NCBI GenBank assembly: GCA_964016885.1
Contig: OZ024741.1
Span: 309,876,001 to 309,940,000 of the forward strand
Direction of reading: 5' to 3'
DNA from: Eledone cirrhosa
Lineage: Eukaryota
Length of the DNA stretch: 64,000 nucleotides
Position numbers and translations under genes: made by a program. Positions within the stretch are counted from its first letter, which is position 1, and every line of letters starts with the position of its first letter. The notes beneath the pieces are model-generated. The model made no database searches. It was given only the letters and a program-made list of their open reading frames with translations, and was not told the DNA's origin. Shown here in pieces: positions 50,136-64,000 of this stretch.

Positions 50136-51273
50136 ATATATATGTATATGATGATGATGATGATGATATCATGTAACAAAACATGGTCCTTCGACCTGGA
50201 TCTCTCACAACGGGACAGTCCATCCTACCTATGCTAGGAAATAAGGAAATATATATATATCGTCATCATCATCGTTTAACATCCATCTTCCTCGCTAGCA
50301 TGGGTTATATATATATATACACACACACACACATACATTATGTTAAACAATGAAAAAATAAGACAAAATGAATTACTTAACCCACTGTTTTAAGATCGAT
50401 TCCGAGAGCAAAATTCTCAAAGTGTCAGATAATTGTTAGCAGTTTTTCAAACCCATGCTATTAGCCTCAAAAAAGCACATCTGATCTGCTGTCAATCCTC
50501 AGAAACAGTGGATGGATCAAATGTTTATAAAGTAGATAAATACAGAGGTCAAAAGGCAAATAATTAAATAAGGATTAAATGAATATTTAATATGTAAATA
50601 ATACATTTGTATTATTTGTCTATTTATTCCTTATTCGCATTTCCTTCCATGTGACCATGTGCAGAAGTAATAGTGGAGCAACCAAGTCTATCATTGGTGC
50701 TTGTATGTGTGTGTGGATGTGTTAAAATTTTGTGAGTGTGTGGGTTGTTTTTATTTTCTGTTTGTGTGTATCTTGACTTTTAACATATCAGGCCAAATTT
50801 CATACTCCACTGAGGCCTTGCCACATTTAAGCACATAATTTGATCTGGTAATATTAGTCTCTAAAAAGGTAGTCTTAGCCTTAGTACTACGGATATGTGT
50901 TCAGAATGTCTAAGGAAAGAATCGTTGCACAAATTTTACAGACAAGATACCCAGAGGTAGACCATGAGGAAGACAGCTGAATAACAACCATAAACTCAGT
51001 TGGTCTTGCTTGGGAATCCAGCTGGGTCACTTGTAAACTGTTGCCTCTGATAATACCCTCTACAAGGAGTATCTGAGAAATCTGTAGCCACGAGCTTCTC
51101 GAAAATAAATGAGGGAGAAATAGTATGTATGTGTGAGTGTATATGTGTATGTGTTTATATATGAGTATGTGTGTGTTTGTCTGGATCTGAGTAGACTGGA
51201 GCAACTTGAAATAAAGTGTTTTGCTGAAGGACACAAAGCGCCACTGAAAATGAAACTCACAACCTTACGATCA

Positions 51274-51456
<183 letters not shown>

Positions 51457-51719
51457 CTAGTAAACATAAAAATAAATTATTCAATTAATTAATGAGTTAA
51501 TGTAGAAAGAGAATGGCTTTGTAGAGCTAGTTTTCATATTGACACACACCAAAATGTTAATCATCTAAATCATTATTTTTATTATATGTAAGTACCATAA
51601 CTGATCAAGTTACAGGGACATTACTAAAAAACTTCCTCTTCATGTAGAGTATCTAGGGCGGATATATGAACACCTTGGCCATGAATTTAATTTCACTCGC
51701 ATTCAAGTTTGAATAGCCT

Positions 51720-52353
51720 CCCTGACAAAATCAGTGTCAGAAGTTATTACTACTACTCTGAACGCCTTGCTTCCCTGGGCATGGATTCATTGAAGCTCCG
51801 ACGTCTGGCAATGGACTTGGTGAATACCCACAAAGTTTTTAACCATCTCGCCAACTGCAACCCTGAGCGCCTCTTTGATCTCCATGTGTCTAACACACGT
51901 GGACATGCCTACAAGATAAGAAAACAGCACAGCTCCCATGACTTTCGCAGACATTTTTTCACGCTCAGAGTTGCTGAAGCATGGAACAAACTGCCTGCGT
52001 CAATTGTTAGCTGCCGAGACACTGCATCCTTTAAGACACTCATGCTTCCCAAAATACGCCAAAACTACACCTGATGTACCCCTTCCATACACATGCACAC
52101 GTGTGTATCATGACTCGTGCACTGTTCATTTTACTGATGTTTGTGCATTGCCCTATGTACTGTACATGCACTTTTTTGATGAGTTGTGGTGCACCTGGGC
52201 ACTGTGCACAATATTTCGTTATTGTTATTATATCATGACTCATACACTGTTTATTTTCCTGACATTTGTACATTATTCTATGTACTATACATGCACCTTT
52301 GATGAGTTGTAGTGCACCTGAGCACTGTACACAATAATTTCATTATTATTATT
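51720..52353 (+). mobile_element. 3' end of a CR1/L2-group LINE with (ATT)n tail; shorter tails at about 5735-5850 and 3950-3982
   Basis: YSERLASLGMDSLKLRR…TRGHAYKI…FFTLRVAEAWNKLP; internally duplicated 3' UTR ending acaataattttcattattatt. Confidence 0.85.
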
Positions 52354-53131
52354 ACTAATGCAACTACTTATATTTCTTGTGAACTAGCCATTATGAATAC
52401 AATTCCTTCAACCGTTCTTCTGAATTACTGGTTGAATTGAAAGAAAATTGCAAAAAATAAAAGTAAAACAGTTATCTCTGCTGGCTCTAATAAATTACAA
52501 TTGCATTTAAAAGAACCTAATTAACAGAGTCAGTAAATTGTAAAACTAAATTCCTTGCAGCATTTGTTCTAGTTGTTTGCATACTGAGTTCAAATTCCAC
52601 TGAAATCATCTTCATCTCAACTTCATTTTATCGATCATTTTGTGGTCAATAAAATAATCTATCAGTCCAAAGTGTGATAGACTGGCAGAATTGTTAGAGC
52701 ATCAAGATTGTTGTAGTAGTTGTTACAGCTGACACCAATATAGATTTAGTTGACCTCCTATAACATTGCATCTCGTTAGAAGTTTCTCAGGTGTCTTAAA
52801 GAAAGGGGCACCAGTCCTATCATATGCACACATATATGTTGTTACAGGTTACACATATGAAGGTTTAGCTGGTCTCCCATGGAGTAACATCTCATAGGAA
52901 GTTAATTGAGTGTCTTAATGAGTCGTAGACCTATCTGACAAAATACCTCATAGTGTTTGTTACTTTAGTCAAGGTCTCCAGTTGGTGGATACCTTCCCCC
53001 TCCCTTCTACCAACCAACTTCAAAAGCTCTGTAATAGAAGTAAAAAAACAAAACAAAGGATTCTCTTGGCCTTAAAAAAAAAAATTAATAAAAGTAAATA
53101 AAACCAATTGTGAGAGTGAGCAACATTTTAC

Positions 53132-53323
53132 CTTCAAATCTCTGTATACTATATTGTTTTCATGCAGGTAACCTAATGCAGAAATTATCTCTGCACCATA
53201 GAAACGTGTCCTGTCTTCAGTAAATACTCGCTCCCTTGATAAATGGAAAAACAGTTCTCCACCATTGACATATTCCATAACAAAACATAGTCGATCTGCT
53301 GTTTGGAATGAATATTTTAATTG
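53132..53323 (-). CDS. AKT: AKT exon (hinge to YRDLK)
   Basis: AG|[64 protein letters not shown]|GT, 192 nt. Confidence 0.97.
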
Positions 53324-54253
53324 CTGCAAGAAAAATAAGGAGACAGTTGAGAGACTGAGTGTGGGCAGTAAGTAAATAAGAAGAGACAATGTAGTTATTT
53401 CATGTTGAGTGCTCAAATGTATGTATATGATGTGCGCATGTACATTTGCTTTTAGCATAACTTTGACACAGAAATCACAGTGCCCATGATATCTGCAAGT
53501 CCCCTACCTCTAAACTGTTGATATTGAAGTGGTTGGTGTTCAGCCCCAACACTTGTAGGTTTTTGTTTGTGAGAAGGGTGGGCAAGTACAATGGCTCTAG
53601 AAGATTGCATTCTAGGAACAGAAAGATTGGTCACAATTTTTAGTGTGGAGTCTAGGAGGTTTGATGACAAAGGAAATAGGTGTTGATGAGAAGAAGAGAG
53701 ACTGGTGGAATGAGTAAGGGTGAGTGGAGTGGTATAACAGCTAATTAATTCAGAGGAGCAGAAATCATTGTAGTAGCTGTAGAAGTAGAGAGCAGGGGAA
53801 GTCAATCTGTGAGCCAGTGATGAAGACTGGACTATTGCCAATCAGTCAGATGGCTTTCTTTTTCATGTGGTCATGATGTTTAGGTGTGTAGCAGAATCAC
53901 TGTTCCACTTCAAAGTGAATCTTACCTGCACCTACATCCATCATCATCATCATCATCAACATCGTTTTAACATCCACTTTTCCATGCTGACATGGGTTGG
54001 CTGTGATGATCTGAGACACTATTTTCTTTCACCAACACATTTAGTTACCTCCTATGACACACAGGGATATGGTGTACATATTCTAAAACATGGCATACAC
54101 ATGGCATGTGTGCACAAATATTTTTGTGCATTTATGAGTATGATTGGGCACACATTTGTAGATAAGAATGTATATGTATACATTCCTGTTTGTATTTGAA
54201 TGTGTGTATGCATGTGTATATTTCAGCACATATAATAACAAAAACAAAATTAC

Positions 54254-54319
54254 TGTTAAAAATGGATGCCTGGTATTTTGTAAAACTCGGTTCTCTGTCA
54301 AAGTATGAGCAATTTCATC
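54254..54319 (-). CDS. AKT: AKT exon (alphaC helix)
   Basis: AG|[22 protein letters not shown]|GT, 66 nt. Confidence 0.96.
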
Positions 54320-55040
54320 CTGAAATGAAATTTAAAGAAAAAATTTTAATCATGAGAAACAAAATAAAAGTACCAATAAACATAAACAACTGGTCATTTG
54401 CATATCACTAGTCATTGTTATTTATTTTACTGACTAGGCAGTGAATTGCCAGAGTCATTAGGGCTTTGGATTAAATGCTTTGGTATTTGTTTTTGTTTAC
54501 TGTGCACTAAGTTCAAATCCCAATGAGGTCAACTTTGCCTTTCATCTCTTTGGAGGCTGGCTGATATTGATAAATAAAGTACCAATCCAGGGTTGATGGA
54601 TTGGCAAGATGCTTTGCAGTGTTTGATCCAGCTCTGTGCATCCTGATTTCAAATCCTGCCTCTTTTTGCAAAGAGTTGCAAATGACAGATAGTACCAATG
54701 GAAACATTGTTCCCTTGGTCCAATTTAATGGAGTCAGCTCTGGCAGGATCTCAATGTAAAGTGACATAACAAAATAATAAAAGACATTTTGTCTACCAAT
54801 CTACAATTCTGTGATCCACTGCCCTTAATAATGATTTAGGCCAGTAAATTAGAAGAGAAAAGTTGATTATATCAATCCCAGTCCTCAACTGGTACTTTAT
54901 TTTATCGACCCAAGAAGGATGAAACACAAAGTTGACCTTGGCAGGATTTGAACTCAGAATGTAAAGAGCCAGAAGAAATGTTGCATAGCATTTTGTCCAA
55001 TGTGCTAATCATTCTGCTATCTCACTGCTCTAATTCTGCA

Positions 55041-56280
55041 ATTAATAATAATAATTGTTTCTATTTTGGGTAAAAGGCCAGCAATTATCCCAGTGCATTA
55101 CTGGTGCTTTATTTTATCAACATCGTAAGGATGAAAGGCAAAGTTGACCATGGCGTGATTTGAGCTCAGACCGCAAAGGGCTGTAACTCTATGTTGCAAA
55201 GCATGGCGTCTGACCCTCTACTGATACTGCAAATCCAGCGAATAATAATAATAATGATTTCTAAGATAAGATTTACACAAGACAACACATTTGGGAATAA
55301 TTATAACTGTTTCTGCTTTTGCCACAAGGTCAATAATTTGAAAGGAAGAGGAAAGTTGATTAAATCAACTCCAGTGTTACTGGTAATTTATCTTATCAAT
55401 CCCATAAGGATTAAAAGCAAAGCCAACCTCAATGAGATTTGAACTCAGAACATAGCGGGCCATAACTATATGTTGAAAAGCATGTTGTGTGGCACTCTAC
55501 CAATACTGCTAATCCACAATGATAACAATAATAATGACAATGATGAAGATATATAAGACAATGCAAAATGGACTGTAAGATGAGGTAATGAAAAAGTAAA
55601 TTACCTGGTAATTTTTTTTTTTTTTGTTGTTGCTGTTTTTTCTGATGAAAGAAACAGCAACAAAAAACAAAACAAATATTACCAGGTAACTTACTTTTTC
55701 ATTACCTCATCTTACAGTCCATTTTGCATTGTTTAGCCTTATATCTCTTTCTACATTATATATCATATACAATGCTTCAAGCAAACTACAACATTTTATT
55801 ATGAAGATAAAGATAATAATATTAATAATAATTGTTTATACTTTTGGCACAAGGCCAGCAATTACCCCAGTGCATTACTGGTGCTTTATTTTATCAACCC
55901 CGTAAGTATGAAAGACAAAGTTAACCTTGGTGGGATTTGAACTCAAACTGCAAAAGGTTGTAACTCTATGCAGCAAAGCATGGTATCCAACCCTCTACTG
56001 ATACTGCCAATAATAATAATGATTTCTAAGATGAGATTTACACAAGACAACACATTTGGGAATGAATATAAAAACTGTTTCTGCTTTTACCACAAGGTCA
56101 GTAATTTGAAACGAAGAGGAAAGTTGATTAAATCAACTCCAGTGTGTTACTGGTACTTTATTTTATCAACCCCGTAAGGATTAAATGCAAAGAGGGTCAT
56201 AACTGTATTCTGCAAAACATATAACACTATCAATACTGCCAATCCACAATAATAACAACAACAATGACAACGATGAAGAT
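55041..56280. repeat. Direct duplication of a SINE-SINE block (55041-55550 and 55821-56280) flanking a 175-bp foldback
   Basis: Shared unique linker atttctaagat…acaagacaacacatttgggaat in both copies; second copy has an internal deletion. Confidence 0.85.
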
Positions 56281-56303
56281 AATAATAATAATAATGCTTT
56301 TAC

Positions 56304-56435
56304 CTTGGCAACAATTACAGCCTTTTTCAAAATTTTTATAGCATAAAGGTCGCTGGTAGTTTTCTCTCGGCACAAAATAACTTTGCCAAATGTTCCTTTG
56401 CCTAAAACCTTCAGGAACTCAAAATCATCTAGTGA
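56304..56435 (-). CDS. AKT: AKT/PKB kinase exon (Gly-rich loop, catalytic Lys)
   Basis: AG|[44 protein letters not shown]|GT, 132 nt. PH-domain exons were not found and probably lie beyond the window end. Confidence 0.96.
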
Positions 56436-57809
56436 CTAGAAAAGATAAACAGAACAAAAATATACATAAACATATAGTAACTATAGTTAATGAGTTTTAA
56501 TGTCTATGTAAGTGTGTTGTTGTTTAGTTCAAAATATTTGTATTGTTGTTGTTGCTCAGCTCAAATGTGTGTTGAATCTCCATTAGTTCGTTTGATAAAT
56601 GTTTCAATTGTTTGAACCTGCTCGTGAAATTAATATGTAAAAGGCTGAGCATTCCACAATCTTGTGTACCTTTAACATAATTCTCAGGGAGATTCAGCAT
56701 AACACAGTGTGTGTAAGACTGGTCATTTGAATTACAAGTAAAACTCATTTTTTCCAGCTGAGTGGACTGGAGCAACATTAAATAAAGTATCCTGCTGGAG
56801 GACACAATGTGCAACCGAGAATTTAACACTTGACCTAACAATGAACCAAACACCTTACGCACTAAGCTATGCATCTAAAAAAATAGACCTATGATCAAAG
56901 ACATTTTAGCCATGATCATCTAGACTAAGTTTTCAAGGTAGTGAAGAACATTATCCAATGTATCCTTTATCATTTTAGAATGGCAGGATGTCATTTAAGG
57001 ATAATTTGGTTGCTATTTCTTGTAGGCCGAGAGAACATGTAGAGAAACCCATGTTTGCCTCTGTTATGTGTGTGTGTATTATACAAACACACACATCATT
57101 GGATCAAGGAGCATCTATGTGAGTGCTTTTGAAATTACCAACCAAATTTTCTTCAAACTCCATCTTATTATTTTTAAGCTGATAGAACTAAACAACACAC
57201 CTAGTTAAATATATATATATATATTTAACTATGTATGTCAAACTTTCTTTCCCCTTTTCCATATAAAGCATGAAACTCATAAGACCTTTTGTATCTCTGT
57301 TTTGTCATTTCCTTGAAATATATATATATAAGATATAAAATGCAATATTGAAATTGCAAGTGTTCATATATATATAGAGAGAGAGATATATATATACATA
57401 CACACTTCTGATAATGATGAATAAAATATAGTATAAACACAAAATACAACACAATAATAATGATGATTTTAAATTAACAACTATGAATTTCTTTTGATTA
57501 TATACATAAAGCCACTTTCTGTAGAATAAGTTTTAGTTGATTGGATTGATATTAGTACATTGCTGTTAACCTTATTATATTGAAGGTGTGTGTATGTAAG
57601 TGTGTATATATATATGTGTGTGTGTGAACCAATAACAGAGAAGAAGTGTGGGTGGTAAAGGAAGTGAGATATAGAAGAATCAACCCCAGTAATGGCTTAG
57701 CACATTCTTTATTGAATGCAAAAGGATGAAAGACAATTCGCCACCTCATATACATATATATATATATATACATACACAATAGTAATATCAATTTAATTTA
57801 CTCTCATTT

Positions 57810-58167
57810 AAATCCAAAACGATTAATGAAATATCAATACAAATCATTCAAGAACAATAGATAACATATATCACTTATCTAATTAAATCGTAGGTCAAAT
57901 AACAAGTTGACAGTTGTATTAAAATACTTAAAGGTTATTTGGAAGAGTAGTAACTTTCCAAAAATGAAGTTATAGTTTTATTAAAGCAATATTCATAGTT
58001 TGTAAGAATAATACATCGAGTTTAACAGGGTTAAAGTTGAAAGATATTTACTGCAGACCTAACATTATATCAGGAACCAAGACCTACAACCTAATTAGAT
58101 AAATGATATATACTATCTATTATTCTAGAATGATTTATATTGATATTTCATTAATCGTTTTGGATTT
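57810..58167. repeat. Foldback element with about 88-bp terminal inverted arms
   Basis: aaatccaaaacgattaatgaaatatcaat…gtaggtc (57810-57897) vs gacctac…attgatatttcattaatcgttttggattt (58081-58167). Confidence 0.85.
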
Positions 58168-58694
58168 TAATTAAAGTCTGATGACTCCTATAGTTTATGC
58201 TAACTAATAGCAAATTGTTAAATAAAATAATTTGCTGTCTATGGTATATTCTTATGGGAAGAAACAATATATATATTTATTTACGTATAGCATGGAGCAT
58301 ATGTGCATAAACACACATGCACCTTGTTGTATTATGACAGTATTGTGTTAGCTCAATGTACAAGAACAGAGCCGTTATATGTTTTAACAATTGCTTGTAT
58401 TTTTTGCTTTTGTGTGCCATCAATTGCATCTGCATCTTGTGAAATCTGCTTGTGCCCTGGCATATAGCTGTGGTGCTTAACAACCCCAACATGTACCCAC
58501 TCCTTGTTCGCCATCTCCGATATCCCTATCTTTACCCTCTATTGCATTCCGATTGTTCGTGTGACTAGGCTTTGTGGAGCTTTTACTCACCGCTGTGTTT
58601 ATTAAGCTCTGAGGATTCCTACCAAATGGTATGGATGAAACATTGTAAGCAAATAAAAACTGTTTGAGTACGTAAGCGTTCTTTGGTTTCTTTT

Positions 58695-58726
<32 letters not shown>

Positions 58727-60002
58727 TAAAGGAACGATCGACTTTCGTCAAATCGGACCGAGGGAACAATGTTTCCGTTGATGTTTCCCATTGCTAATAC
58801 TATCTATCGGTCGCAACTCCAGGTAGAAGGAGCAACGTGAAATAAAGTGTCTTGCTCAAGGACATAACGCATCGCCTGGTCCAGGAATCGAACTCACAAC
58901 CTTACGATTGCAAATCCAATTCTCTAACCACTCAGCCACACGCCTTCACACACATATATATAAATATATAAATATATATATATATAAACATGCATGCCAT
59001 ATATATATATATACATGAGAGTCAAGGTGGTTGCTTTTAATGGATCAATGTGACTGTATCACAGTGTCATTTGCCAAAACACTTCACCTTTATTGTCCCA
59101 GTCCATCTAGATGCAAATAGGTATCATGACAAAATACAGCTTACAAGCCTCCTACGTAAACCCTTTAATTATCAGTGTAACTCCATAGTAATGTTTCAGT
59201 AGACGTATGGCAGTTCCAGTGATGTCATTTAGAAATCATCATCATCGTTTAACGTCTATCTTCCATGCTAGCATGGGTTTAGAATATATTAGTGAAAAGA
59301 ATACATAACATCAAAGCTCAATTGGTGGTGTTAATTTTGGGTGATGGATTAAGTCTAGTACTCAAGAACAGATACAATCCATCTGATGAGCTTCCCCACA
59401 GTTTCCATTAAGCCAATTTCACTCAAAAGACATGAGTCAATATCAGGCTAAGGTAGAAGATGCTTGCCCTAGGTGCCGCACAGTGAAATCCAACTGAGAA
59501 CTACATGATTGAAGAGGAAACCTCTTACCATACTGCCATGCATGTTGCTCATACAAATAAGCTCTTTGAGTAAGAATCTAATCTTCTAATCTAACTGTAG
59601 CTCTTGATATCTAAAAGATGGATGGGCAAATGGATGATTGAATTAATAAATAGCTAGGGAGATAGACAAATAGATGAACGAACAGACAGACAGATAATAT
59701 AAGGTATATGTAACAAATGTAAATAAAAAGAAAGAAAAAAATAAGATAACAAAAGTTTTCAGGTGATTAGTAGAAAACAAAGCGGTGGAACCAAGTTTAG
59801 TAATAAACCCTTCGTTTCCAGTAAAAAATATCAAAATCAACCAAGTCAGGAACTGGAACTTGGTGAGGCAAAATGGTGAGTTAGACAAGGAAGGAAGGAA
59901 AGGGTACTGGAAAATATGAAGAAAGGAAGAAAGAAAAATGATACTTTCAATATATACAAAATTATTTTAACAATTTTCAACAAATTTCTGATATATCTGT
60001 CT

Positions 60003-60056
<54 letters not shown>

Positions 60057-61505
60057 CACATGTGCGTACTGTTTTACATTGGTCTTCTATTCCTATTACC
60101 ATAGATTAGATGGAGATTTTTTTTTTTAAATGTTCAACTTGGAACAATTGTTTTGTTTTTTTTAATTTAACTGGCTGCTTTATCTATATGCTACCTATTC
60201 AAGTAGTATAAAATATACGCATATAGCAGTAAACAGATGTGTTTAGACTAATGACTGCTACAGAAATAGTGGTTGTAGTTATATAGTGTTACTGTCTGAA
60301 CACTTGACTAGTAGTAGTTTAGTACTTTAACCTCCCACTTATTGTACTTAATTTATTTATATCCCCCACCACCACCACCACCACCACCACCACCAGACCA
60401 ATAGGTTAAGGTTGAAAGTCTGGGATGGAGGAGTTCATCAAACAAGAGCTTATCCCAGTTTCAGTACTGTGACATATCCCTGAACAGGACACCAGTCAAT
60501 TATAGGGTTAATCCCCAGCTGCTACTGCCACTCATTTTCAACAGAGATTGCTGAAGCAATGTGAAATGAAGTGTTTTACTCAAGAACACACCACAACACA
60601 TGGTCCAGCAATCAAATCCAGTGGTCAGATGGCCAAATAATTTTGTACAAAGTTGCACAAAATATCTGAGCAGGGTTATTGTAAATATAATGTGTAGAAC
60701 CAGCAGATCAATTAAAGGATTAAATAGAATGCTTTGCAGTCTTTGTTTTAGATCTGTGTTGTGAGTTCAAATCCAGCCAAAATTACTTTTACCTTTCATA
60801 TTTTCAGGGTTAGTAAATAAAGAACCAGTCCAGGGCAATGGATTGACAGATTGTTAGAGTGTTGGATGAGGTGCCTTGTGGTATCTGTTCTAGGTTTTTG
60901 TATTCTGAATCCAAATTCTGCCTTGGTGCCAATGGCTAGAGCTAATCTCCTTACTACAAGAACACCTCTTCCAATCCACACTTGGCTAGTGGAAACAGTA
61001 GGCCTAAATAAACCCAGCTTAATTCAGTGTTTAATTCTTGCCCTTTATCATCATCAGTTTTACATTTATATTCCATGCTTGCATGGGTTAGACTGGTTGT
61101 CGTGTTCTGAGGCTACACAGGCCAGATGACTGCATCTCATTCATACAATCCATTTTGGCATGGTTTCTGTAACTGAATGCCCTTCTTGATACCAACCACT
61201 TCACGGTATATACTGGGTGCATTTTATTGCGAACCCTGACAAACAATTATCCATGCAATGGATATATGTGTCAGAGAAATGATAGTGATACATTTTTATT
61301 CTTTTATTTTAAGTTGTGGCTATAATAACTAATTCACTTTAAATTGTTGGGGGTTTTTTAAATATTTTTATTTGAGCAAATCAAAGTCAAAGGTTTTTTT
61401 ATCATCAGTAAAATTTGAACCCCAAAAATGTCAGTTGTAAGTACTTTTGGTTAATTCTTAGATATTAACTTTTCGCAAGAGAATGGTTAGATTTAATGTT
61501 CCACT

Positions 61506-62056
61506 TACCATATATACTTGTGTACAAGCTGATCCATATATAAGCTGACCCCTCTATTTTATGTTTGAGAAATGAGCAAAAATGCAAACCCCATGCATAA
61601 GCCAAAGCAGCTAATCAATGCATTATGTTTAGGTGGCATAATTTTGTAAATTCCCAGAAGTGGAGAACATTTTTTAATAAAGTTTTAATGTTTTGATATC
61701 TTAAATGTTTTAAAGTGTTGTTTAGAGTATTGTTTTTGTTTCACAATTCCATTATACAATGTTCTACCATTTCATTCCTTTCATAAAGTTTCAAAAAGTT
61801 AACCAGCCACTCACATGCTGGGAGAAATTAAAATGTAAATAGACTGACTAAAAAATATTCTGTAAAAATGCTTCTAAAAGGTAGTAAAATAGTATTTCAT
61901 TGTAAAGCAACCACTCCAGATATTTTGGTGCCTTTTTTTATGTAGAAGTTGAAGTTGGTGAAAATTGGCAAAATACTGAGCTCAAATATAAACCCCTCAT
62001 TTCATCATCAATTTTTTGTCATATATTTCTTGGCTTATACCCAAGGATATACAGTA
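61506..62056. mobile_element. pogo/Tigger-like non-autonomous element; related inverted fragment at about 5860-6487
   Basis: Termini taccatatatacttgtgtacaagctg / ggcttatacccaaggatatacagta; internal gaagttggtgaaaa segment shared with 5920-5950. Confidence 0.55.
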
Positions 62057-63755
62057 GTAATTAACCAATTAGTTGACCCTTCAATTACCAACCCAGCCAA
62101 AACTACCACTGATTCTATGAAACAAAGTCGTCTATTTTAAAGAGTTCTTATTTAAATTGACATCTTCCTATGTAATTGTATATAAGAACCATATGTTAAG
62201 TTTCAATTTTAGTAATGAAATAATCAATAATTCCGGTAACTCCCTCAAAATTCTTAATTAAATAATTAAAATAAAGTGCAGTTCATTAGAAATATGGTCA
62301 CAAAAGGGTTAGTCTGTTGTGTGACATCAATTTGTTGTAAAAAGTGTTACAATAAAATAAATATGCACATCTAGAGCGTAAACAACATTTCAAAATATTT
62401 TTATTGTTTAGTCAAGAATGGATGGGCAGTGTCTATGGCTGTTCATCCAAGACTGGTGGGATGGAGAAAGATATTCTTAAGCAGGAGACTTGGCCCAAAT
62501 GTTTGAACAGAGTGATGGTGTTAAATGAGATAATGGATGAAGTCTATCACATAAGTATGCACCAGTGGGGTTTGAACTCAGAGCATCAGAACAATTAAAT
62601 ATGGCAAGGCATTTTATCCTACACCCCCAACTACTCTGTAAAAATACTGAGAGATAAACATATATACAAAAAAAAAAAGGTAAAAAGCCCTTAACTCCTG
62701 ATGGAGTCATAGGGTTGCCGTCCTGACATGTGGCATATCTTGAGTGCCCATCCCTCTCCAGCTCGGAATACAGACCATTTCTTCTAGAGAAAGTGATAAA
62801 GACAGATTGAGGAAAAATGAATGCCAGTACTGGACTGGTATTTTATTTACCAACCTTGAAAGAAAGAAGGGCAAAGTTGAACTCAGAGCGCAGTGAGTGG
62901 GAACAAATACCAAGGTATTTTAAATTCAACACCCTAATAACTCCACCAATATTCCACCTTCAAACATACACAGACACAGCAATATATAAACAAACACATA
63001 GATACATACACATACCCTGATGGTGTTCTACAAATCAATAGGCTACTGGAAATTAATTTAAGGTTTCTCAACTGAAGAATATGATATATATTGATTTATC
63101 ATTCATGTGTTTCACTGGATGTGTGTGTGTTGTATCTGATATGCTTCACTATCTACGTGAGTGTGTGTTTTGTCACTTATGTGGAGAGGAGTATATGTGC
63201 TGTCGTTGATGCATGTAAGTGTGCATGGCTTCATTTGGCTTTAGTTCAGTTAACATAAATAGAATGCTTACAGGCAGTATTGCACAGACACACACAAATA
63301 AAATACACACTAGCTATCATGGAAATAAAATTTGTTGACACAAAATATATTAATTATAACATATGTGCATGCATGTTTGTGTAGAAAATGTGAAAGCTGT
63401 TCTGCTGTAACTTCCACCACCACCACCATTAGATACTATGCATCTTGCACCCCATTTTACATACATCATCTCCGCTTGCTGCCCACATTTTTCATTTGAT
63501 TCCCAGCCTTGATTGAAGGCATTCCAGCACTACACTATTCAAACTGTTTTTCCTATTTTAAAACAATGGAGTGAGATTTTAGTGAATGATAAAGATTTAG
63601 CTGCTATGTCTAGCAAGTCGAGTGACCACACATTGGATCTTTTGTTGGCTTGTGTTTGGAGTGAATGACTCTGTAAGACAGTGATGATCCAATGTTAGTT
63701 AGTGGTCAAGGGCCAGTAAACTTAACCATGAAAGCAATAAACAGGACTAAAAGCA

Positions 63756-63987
63756 TTAATCCTTTTGATATTAAACTGCCTGAAACCACTCTGGATCTAT
63801 GGTTATAAAACTACTAATTTTAAAATATTTATCCTATATTAAAACCTTCTATTATAAATTTTGTTAAGTAGTGCTCTAAATATCAGCTTACTCATGAAAA
63901 ACCTAGTTATTTTATTAATTTTCTCCAAATATAATTGAAAACCATATGGAAGGTACTTAATTTGAAATCAGTAATGAAAGGGTTGAC
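63756..63987. mobile_element. Second TTAA-type MITE family (other copies about 62070-62312, 26262-29253, 6816-8395, 29400-29642)
   Basis: ttaatccttttgata…gtaatgaaagggttga termini and a shared body among copies. Confidence 0.6.
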
Positions 63988-64000
63988 TTTTAATAATAAT

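Overview
AT-rich, microsatellite- and transposon-dense animal genomic DNA. The SINE/LINE repertoire looks like a coleoid cephalopod such as Octopus, but that is inference. Three spliced host genes can be read from the sequence. (1) The first coding exon of an RPS6KC1/SNX15-type PX-domain gene (minus, 13849-13953). (2) A complete 5-exon ARL2 gene head-to-head with it (plus; join 14410-14474, 18216-18326, 24881-25043, 29919-29999, 31378-31512 = 555 nt, 184 aa), whose first intron carries U12 (minor spliceosome) signals. (3) The kinase-domain and C-terminal exons of AKT/PKB (minus, 7 exons, 56435 to 42842), convergent with ARL2. The rest is mobile DNA: a near-intact RTE-type LINE with a PHD-like finger that is split by an inverted copy of its own 3' end, two sister copies sharing a premature stop, a Penelope-like element with a hammerhead ribozyme core, a decayed mariner, CR1- and CRE-like remnants, TTAA and TA MITEs, probable Helitrons, many SINEs, minisatellites and several long foldbacks. 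Most short ORFs in the supplied track are spurious or TE shadows. No database searches were possible.
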